From the NCBI GenBank assembly GCA_951406725.2, contig OX597837.1, positions 12,214,001 through 12,278,000 of the forward strand: a stretch of DNA of 64,000 nucleotides, read 5' to 3'. Positions 55,478 to 64,000 of the stretch are shown here, piece by piece. Below the pieces are notes generated by a model. It saw only the letters and a list, made by a program, of their open reading frames with translations. It searched no databases and was not told where the DNA came from. The stretch is from Octopus vulgaris. Taxonomy: Eukaryota. The position numbers and the translations under genes are program-made. Numbering within the stretch: position 1 is the stretch's first letter; the number at the start of each line of letters is the position of its first letter.

Positions 55478-55717
55478 AGATAAGAAAATGGAAAAGCACA
55501 TCTAAATCAAATATCAATTACCAGATAATACTCAATCACATACTTTATTAAACCACCACATAAGAGACTGTAGGGTTAAATATAAAAAGCAGAACAAATC
55601 AGTGTACATAAAGGAATGTACGTAAAAAAGTGTACATAAAAGAGTAATGTTGTATAATAATTAGAATATATATAAAAAAGATAAATACAAGTAAATATAA
55701 ATATAAGCATACATTAG

Positions 55718-55846
55718 ATCTTACAGCTGTTTCGGCCATGTCGATAATTATGTCTCATTTTACCAATATTAGCCCTTTATGGTTGGTCAATATATAGATA
55801 TAAATGAGACATTAACAAAAATATATCACAAAGCCTCTTCGGAGAT
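55718..55846 (-). ncRNA. Type I hammerhead, CCGAAGA variant with ~100-nt stem II
   Basis: atct-CCGAAGA-ggct...atgtctcattt..aaatgagacat...ggcc-GAAA-cagctg-TA-agat. Confidence 0.75.
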
Positions 55847-55911
55847 TATGTAATATAACACAGTCTACACATATACCCACATGAGTGCATTTACAACCCC
55901 TATCTCAATTT

Positions 55912-55962
<51 letters not shown>

Positions 55963-56188
55963 GAAATATTAAAATTACTAAGTCTCTATAAAAGAGATTA
56001 CGGCAGCGTTTACTGGAAATTAATTGTTATCGCCATATTAATATGGCATTCTTATAGATATAAGAATAATCGCTGCCATGGTCAGCTCCATGAGGCCACC
56101 GCCATCAAGATAGCTATTGATACACGATCTGTATCCATTATAACCTTCGAACAAGGGAGGTCAGCCGCTTCACACTGCCAGTCCGACA

Positions 56189-56230
56189 GCTACAGACGCG
56201 TTTCGGGGTATTACCCCTTGTCAATGTAGC
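56189..56230 (-). ncRNA. Type I hammerhead, U3-A8 variant
   Basis: gctaca-TTGACAA-gggg(taata)cccc-GAAA-cgcg-TC-tgtagc. Confidence 0.85.
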
Positions 56231-56443
56231 GCAGTCAGACCCGCAGGTGTCGCCGCTGACTGCGTTACATTAATATGGCGATAACAATTAATTTCCAGTA
56301 AACGCTGCCGTAATCTCTTTTATAGAGACTTAGTAATTTTAATATTTCTATTATTGAAAACAAGTGGATGTATTCCACTGAAACTAGGTAAATAGAAGCC
56401 TTCGAACAGAGACGTCAGTGGCGACACCTGCGGGTCTGACTGC

Positions 56444-56485
56444 GCTACATTGACAAGGGGCAATACCCCGAAACGCGTCTGTAGC
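56444..56485 (+). ncRNA. Type I hammerhead, U3-A8 variant
   Basis: gctaca-TTGACAA-gggg(caata)cccc-GAAA-cgcg-TC-tgtagc. Confidence 0.85.
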
Positions 56486-56715
56486 TGTCGGACTGGCAGT
56501 GTGAAGCGGCTGACCTTCCTTGTTCGAAGGTTATAATGGATACAGATCGTGTATCAATAGCTATCTTGATGGCGGTGGCCTTATGGAGCTGACCATGGCA
56601 GCGATTATTCTTATATCTATAAGAATGCCATATTAATATGGCGATAGCAATTTATATATATATATATATATATGAATAAAAAATGGAGTTAACGCAGGTG
56701 TAATCAAATATTTTT

Positions 56716-56801
56716 ACTTTCGACACATGTTTCGAAAATTCCACTGATACTATTCAAAAGAATAAATGGTATAAACAATGCAATCTTCTCCTCAGGAAAG
56801 T
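56716..56801 (-). ncRNA. Type I hammerhead with extended stem II
   Basis: actttc-CTGAGGA-gaagatt...aattttc-GAAA-c(atgt)g-TC-gaaagt. Confidence 0.85.
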
Positions 56802-57190
56802 GAAAAAAACGAAACTCGTCAATAAGACATTTTAGCAAAAAATGATGGATTTGTATAGCGATAGACAATTCTGTAATTCTGAGCTATTTTTAATTATTTT
56901 TTCTAAAAATACTCTAGTAAACACGGTTATCGAGCGAGCATACAGATGTAAGCATTGGCAAAAACATACATTTAGTGCATATAAGTAGTCTCTATCATTA
57001 TATATAATTTAAACTTTAATTTCCTTTATATTTAACATTCACTATTAATATCCTTACACTTTCTGTTAGCTACTTATGACGTTATATCATATAATGTTTT
57101 TTTTTAACAATATTAATAGCGTTCTGTCTATCGCTATACAAATCCATCATTTTTTGCTAAAATGTCTTATTGACGAGTTTCGTTTTTTTC

Positions 57191-57276
57191 ACTTTCCTGA
57201 GGAGAAGATTGCATTGTTTATACCGTTTATTCTTTTGAATAGTATCAGTGGAATTTTCGAAACATGTATCGAAAGT
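57191..57276 (+). ncRNA. Type I hammerhead with extended stem II (stem III point mutation)
   Basis: Inverted copy of 56716-56801 with catgta in stem III. Confidence 0.75.
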
Positions 57277-57489
57277 AAAAATATTTGATTACACCTGCGT
57301 TAACTCCATTTTTTATTCATATTATTCAAAATATTCAACGTAAACACGAAGTTTCTACCTTTATAAACAAGGTGTTACAACACCTTTACTTGTGAGATTT
57401 TTGCTGCCCTGGTAACTATTTATTTTTTTTTTCCGTGTTAATTGTTAACAAGGTAAAAATACACTCATCTATTTATATATATATATATA

Positions 57490-57653
57490 TACGACGGGCT
57501 TCTTTCAGTTTCCGTCTACCAAATCCACAGACAAGGCTCTGGTCGGCCCGAGGCTATAGTAGAAGACACTTGGCCAATGTGCCACGCAGTGAGGCTGAAC
57601 CCGGAACCATGTGGTTGGGAAGCAAGCTACCTACCACACACCCACTCCTGCGC

Positions 57654-57656
<3 letters not shown>
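57490..57656 (-). mobile_element. SINE family A, 5' half
   Basis: Reverse match to the head and 5' body. Confidence 0.88.
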
Positions 57657-57704
<48 letters not shown>

Positions 57705-58034
57705 CATCGGCTACGATGAAACTTTCATAATAAGATCAAAATAACACATTTTTGTCGTTTTTTTCAAAATGCTCAGGTATGACTTGAGTGAGATTTGGTT
57801 GCTATTTCTTGAAGGTCAAGAGACCGTGAAAAACAGATTCTTTTTGCTATTAATGCTGTTATTGAGCAGACGTATGAACAAAGGTGTTCTAGTCGTGGCT
57901 ACGTTGCTCTTTTTTTCCAAGCTGTATTTGTTCTTTCATAATTAAATTTGAGGGAGATTTGTTCGATACTTCTTGAAGGTCAAACGCCCACGCGAAAGAT
58001 ATTCACAGACACGTTTGAGAAGAAAGAAAGAGAG

Positions 58035-58105
<71 letters not shown>

Positions 58106-59322
58106 CGAGAGAGAGAAAGAAAGAAAGGGGGAGAAATTTGAGCTTCTTGCTAGAAAAATGCAAAAAGAACTCGTAAGAGGAGTCAACGATGTGAAAAACT
58201 CGGTCAGCAAAATTAGGATTCGTGGAGCTAGCAGCCAGCAGATAGTTGAATAGCAACAACAATAACCACAACAACAACAAGAACAGCAAAGTAACAAGGA
58301 CGACGGCAGTGGGAACAGAGTTCTCTCTCCCAATAACAAATACAAAGCTAAGAATTCATAAAAGAAACTTACGTAGTTATAATGAGAGGAGAATGTATAT
58401 ATGAACAGTGAAAGAATAACTATAGAAATATTCAGCAGATAGGCGCAGACGTGGCTGTGTGGTAGGAAGCTTGCTTCCTAACCACATGGTTCTGGGTTCA
58501 GTCCCATTCTGTGTCACCTTGGGAAACTGTTTTTTTTTGTAATAGAAGGTCGATAACCATTCCGGTTTGCAATTTGTTTTGTTAACAGTGAGGCATGACT
58601 AACTTCGACGTTGACGTTAGGGGACGGATCAGTCTGTTTAGGGTTATGTTTTGCGACAACACCGCCTCCGTGTTCTCTGCATGTAAACATTGCTCGTAGC
58701 GTAGCTCCTTAAGGCTAGCAGATCTGTATTCATCTGTATTGTTTTTGTTGATAGATTTATCTCCGAACATAGATTTTTTTTCTTTTTTGTGCTGTTTTTA
58801 AATTATGAATGGTTCACTCTGTCTGTGCTAGTTCGAAAAATGAAAATAAAATTTTAAAAAAAGGGAAAGTTTTGATTTTGTTATTGCTTCGTTTGTAACA
58901 CGTGCTTTCATAGGCGTGAGTGTGTGTCCTGTAAATTTCACGTGGTTGTGTAAACATTGGGATGTACGTGTAGTCCTATGGGTATCAAAATGTATATATG
59001 ATTGTGTAGGCATTCGAGTGTATACGTAGTCACTCAATTTATGTACTTACTATTTTGTTCCGTTTCTATTTTATAATTTGTAAACATTCCGTGTTGATAT
59101 CGCGTGTTTCGCACGTTTCATTGAGACACCGTGCGTAGGAGAAACTGTGCTTCGTATGGCAGTAAAATTTCGCTTCTTTTGTAGTATTTTCGTTAAAAGG
59201 CTGCTTCCTTCAGGTCTTCGACAGGTTCCTTTATCTAATTCCATCGATGTTATTGGATTAGATTTGCTTTTGAATGGGGAGCCCGCTTTAGTACATCCAT
59301 GTTGTTATTCAGCGCGGGCCTC

Positions 59323-59660
<338 letters not shown>

Positions 59661-59818
59661 TAGGTAATCGAAGCGAGTAATCAATCACAAGTATTTTGTG
59701 TTTTTATTTTTGAAATTATATTTCTTTACCGTTTGTTTTCTCTCCCGAATACAAGTGGACTTTTTCTGATCAAAATTTACAGACAAAAACAGTAATTTGA
59801 TTTATACCCTAAGACCGT

Positions 59819-60152
59819 GAAGGCGCATGGCTCAGTGGTTTGAGCGTTGAGCTCACAATCAAGCGGTACTGAGTTCGATTCCCAGACCGTGCTGTGTGTT
59901 GTGTTCTTAAGCAAGACATTTTATTTCACGTTGCTCCAGTTCACTTACCTGTGGAAATGAGTTGTGGCGTCACTGGTGCCAAGCTGTATCGGCATTTACC
60001 TTTCCCTTGGATAACACTGGTGGCGTGGAGAGGGGAGGCTGGTATGCATGGGTAATTGCTGGTCTTCCATGAACAACCTTGCCTGGACTTGTGCCTCGGA
60101 GGGTAACTTTCTAGGTGCAAACCCATGGTCATTCATAGCTGAAGGGGTTCTC
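59819..60152 (+). mobile_element. SINE family D, full length
   Basis: Head gcgcatggctcagtggtt, B box gagttcgattccc; homologous to 7446-7755. Confidence 0.88.
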
Positions 60153-60444
60153 CTTCAACCCCAATACAATTTTGGGGGACCAAAAAATTCCATGTTAAAT
60201 GCAGTAGGATTTAGAAAGATAGAACAAAATGTTTGAATGTTTACACCACATGTGTACACTAAATATACCGGAAAATACGGTAAACCCAGGGTCCGAATCC
60301 CGAGAAGGACGCTTCGCATAAGATGTCCCCATGAATATATTGTAACTCTTTTGCGTGAACCTAAAAAGCGCCCGAAATGGCGCAGGATGTCCCCATCAGT
60401 GTACGGTAGCTCTGTGTTTGAAATTAAAAAATGTTAGGAAATTA

Positions 60445-60678
60445 GGGCAGCGAGCTGGCAGAATCGTTAGCACACCGGGCGAAATGCTTAGCGGTATTTT
60501 GCCTACCGTTACGTTCTGAGTTCAAATTCGGCCGAGGTCGACTTTGCCTTTCATCATTTCGGTGTCGATAAATTAAGTACCAGTTACTTAATGGGGTCGA
60601 TGTAATTGACTTAATCCATTCGTCTGTCCTTATTTGTCCCCTCTACGTTTAGCCCCTTGTGGGCAATAGAGAAATAAA
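60445..60678 (+). mobile_element. SINE family B monomer
   Basis: Complete from the head to gtgggcaatagagaaata. Confidence 0.9.
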
Positions 60679-61689
60679 AATGTCAGGATTGCGTCCTTCA
60701 TAATTGTATGGTAGCCCTAAAGTGTGAACCTATAAACCGAGAATGGTGTCCTAGATTTCAGGAACTTCAAACACATATGACTACCATTCTGTACGAGGGT
60801 TGCGGGTGGGGCGGAAGAAGGGGGTTGGGTGGAGAGATTAATTAAAAATCTGTTGAGGGTAGCAATTGTTGTGGTTATGGCGGCGGTGGCAGTGGTGGTG
60901 GCGGTGGTGTATGTGTGTGTTTGTGGTGGTGGTGGTGGTGGTGGTGGTGTTAATGGAGGGGTAGGGTAGGGGTGATGGTTTTTGTATTATGGCAGCGTGG
61001 CGCTGCTGATGCGGTTGTTGATGCTTGCGTTTGAGTGCGTGTGCGTTCGTGCGCGCGTGTAGGTGTAGGTGTGTGCATGTGTGAGTGTATGCATATGTGC
61101 GTGCGCATGCGCGTGCGTCTGCGTGTGCATGTGTGTGCTTGTACATGTGTGTGTGCATGTGCGTACGTGCATATCTGTGTGTGCATGTGTATGTATGTGC
61201 GTGTGGTGCGTGTATGCGTGTGTGTGTGTGTGTGTGTATGTGTGTGTGTGTGTGTGGAGTGTTAGGCGTTTGTGTGTTACTGTGATGATGCTGAAGATGA
61301 TGATGATGATGTTAATTATGATAATGGTGGAGGTGGTGGTGATGGTGTTGGGGGTATATGTGGGTGCTATAACAGGGTTTGGTCGATGGTTAAAGTGGTA
61401 GCGTTGGCAGCGTAGCTGGTGGCGTGGTGAGAAGAGAACATGAGAGCGGGGGAGGCAACCCGACCGCCCCGTGTGACGCTTTTAAGGGGAGGGTGGCACG
61501 TTGTTGTTGTTGTTGTTGTTTTTATAGGTGGTGGTGTGGGTGGTGGCGATGATAATGTACTTTTAACAGGGTTGGTTTAACGCTATTTGCTGTTGTTGTT
61601 GTTGTTGTTGTTGTTGTTGCTGTTCTCGTTGATGGTGGTGGCGTCGACGGTAGCAATGAGCTGATGGTAGTAATGGTGGGCTGATGGTT

Positions 61690-61990
61690 GCTGTTGTTGT
61701 GGTGGTGGCAGTGGTAGGTGGTAGCAATGCAGTGTTGGTGTTGATGGTGATGATGGTGGTGATGATGGTGGTAGTGGTGGTGGTGGTGGTGGTGGTGGTT
61801 GTGGTGGTAGTGGTGGTGGTGGTGGTGGTGGTGGTGGTGGTGGTGGTGGTGGTGGTGGTGGTGGTGGTGGTGGTGGTGGTGGTGGTGGTGGTGGTGGTGG
61901 TGGTGGTGGTGGTGGTTGTGGTGGTAGTGGTGGTGGTGGTGGTGGTGGTGGTGGTGGCTGTGGTGGTGGTGGTAGTGGTGGTAGTGTTGG
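61690..61990. repeat. (GGT)n trinucleotide array
   Basis: Directly visible. Confidence 0.95.
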
Positions 61991-62308
61991 CACTCTCGAT
62001 ACGTTATCGCTATTAATGGAGAGTATGTGTATGTGTATGTGTGTGTGTGTGTGAGTGGGTACGTCTGTGTGTGGGTGAGTTTGTAGATGTGTCTGTGTGT
62101 ATGGTTGTGTGTGTGTGTGCGTGTGTGTATGTGTGTATGTATGTGTGTGTGTGTGTGTGTGTGCGTGTGTGTGTGTGTGTGTAGGATAACATCATTGTTA
62201 CAGGTGGTGATATTTATTGTACGGGTAGCGGTGTTGGCGTCGACTCGGGTGTTGATGGAGCTAGTATTTCATTTACATTAACACATACCCGGATACACAC
62301 ATACACAC

Positions 62309-62344
<36 letters not shown>

Positions 62345-62400
62345 GAACACACAGTCGCAATTACGCACTAGCACACACACACAGGAACAAACAATCGCAG

Positions 62401-62447
<47 letters not shown>

Positions 62448-62794
62448 AACAAACAGTCGCAAATACGCACACACACACGCACACACACGCGTACGCGAGC
62501 GCTAAATTCTTACGCAAACACACAGACAAGTGTGTAGATATCTTTCTACACACTTAACATATTTCAATGCTTGTTCCCGTGACACACACACACACACATA
62601 CACACACAAATATACGTGCTCGTCATACACACACACACACACGTGCTCGTCACAGCTTGTTTTATTTTAATATTATGATTAAAGGCGTTGGGGACGACTT
62701 CGCGTTAAGTCGACTCTTCTCAGCCACGCAAGAATCTCACCTCATCCAACCAGACAGCGCCACCAACATGGTAAATATACATTCAGTATTTATC

Positions 62795-63027
62795 ATTTCT
62801 CCTATAGGGGCACAACGCCTGAAATTTTGGCGATAGGGCCAAGCCCTTTACGTCGACCCCACTACTAAGCTGGTACTTACTTTATCGATCCTAAAGCAAA
62901 AAAAAAAAAAAAAAAAAAATTTAAGGAAATCCCAACTTCTGCTGAATTTGAACTCAGAACGTTAGGATAAACGAAATGCAGCTTAACATTTTACCCAGCG
63001 TGCTAATGATGCTGCCAGCTCGTCACC
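62795..63027 (-). mobile_element. Diverged SINE family B
   Basis: gaatttgaactcagaacg..gccagctcgtcacc. Confidence 0.7.
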
Positions 63028-63046
63028 CCAGCACAAGCACACACAA

Positions 63047-63079
<33 letters not shown>

Positions 63080-63123
63080 GAAACACACACGCATACGCAC
63101 ACACACACTATAAATACATATAA

Positions 63124-63330
63124 AAGCGGTGAACTGGCAGAATCGATGCTGCGCCGAACAAAACACTTAGCGACATTTCATCCGTCTTTTTGGTCTGAGC
63201 TGAAACCCCTCCGGAGTAGACTATACCTTTCATCCTTTCGGGATCGTTAAAATAAGTACCAGTCACACACTGGGGTCAATTTACCCTTCCCCCGAAATTG
63301 CTGGCGTTGTACCAAAACTCGAAACCAATA
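63124..63330 (+). mobile_element. Diverged SINE family B
   Basis: Head, central cctttcatcctttcgggatcg..aagtaccag and tail gaaaccaa. Confidence 0.75.
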
Positions 63331-63456
63331 CATACATACATATACATATGTTTATATATGTATATGGGTATATGAGTATGTGTGTGCGCGTGTGCGGATA
63401 TATATATATATATATATATGTATATTGGTATGTATGTATGTATGTATGTATGTATG

Positions 63457-63518
<62 letters not shown>

Positions 63519-63715
63519 GTTTTGTTGTGTATTCTTCCCATTCCCGGCAAGTCCCTTGCCGGTGCCTCCAAAGTGGAATCAATATCATCGATAATGGCCG
63601 AAATTGCGTTTGACCCTCTGGCCGATAACGGATGAGGAGTTGGTGACCTTCCGTGTTTTTTGTTCGCCCGTGTATTTAGTTTTTTTTTCTTTTCTTTATT
63701 CACTACCCCTTTTTT

Positions 63716-63772
<57 letters not shown>

Positions 63773-63948
63773 CATATATATATATGTTAAATTTTCCGTT
63801 TGTTGACTTCTTTTTATTTAATCCCGAAGAAAAAAAATATATACATATTACAAATATATATAATTTTATGTTTAAATCTGAATACAAATTTCATGCACGA
63901 AAAACTTTCAGATATTAAGCGATTTATATGTGTGAATTTCTGTGTGTG

Positions 63949-63981
<33 letters not shown>

Positions 63982-64000
63982 CGCGCATGTGTGTGTATGT

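Larger units (their letters stand above)
55958..56652. mobile_element. PLE-type remnant with interlocking inverted repeats
   Basis: 55958-56042 is inverted at 56269-56353; ~56022-56260 is inverted at 56414-56652; inserted in (TA)n. Confidence 0.8.
56672..57320. mobile_element. PLE-type remnant with ~195-bp inverted pLTRs
   Basis: 56672-56867 is inverted at 57125-57320. Confidence 0.8.

Overview
Eukaryotic, AT-rich, microsatellite-saturated non-coding DNA. The tRNA-derived SINE families and the TA/CA/TAGA tracts resemble an octopus/coleoid cephalopod genome (inference). No intact host protein-coding gene can be supported, and almost all ORF-track entries are microsatellite read-through. The window is a mosaic of at least five tRNA-derived SINE families, mariner remnants/MITEs, two non-autonomous Helitrons, a LINE 3' end and Penelope-like element (PLE) debris. 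The PLE debris includes a 5'-truncated Naiad-type PLE (RT C-terminus plus GIY-YIG endonuclease) between inverted pseudo-LTRs, a non-coding sister element and two further GIY-YIG fragments. The strongest hidden signal is at least 16 hand-parsed type I hammerhead ribozyme motifs from about a dozen sequence families. They include a compensatory U3-A8 core variant, U4C variants and forms with 55-100 nt stem II inserts. Other notable features are perfect snap-back palindromes centred on pre-existing RNA hairpins, and a SINE that recurs as partial tandems of a 184-bp unit with one invariant junction. All parsing was by eye; family names need database confirmation.
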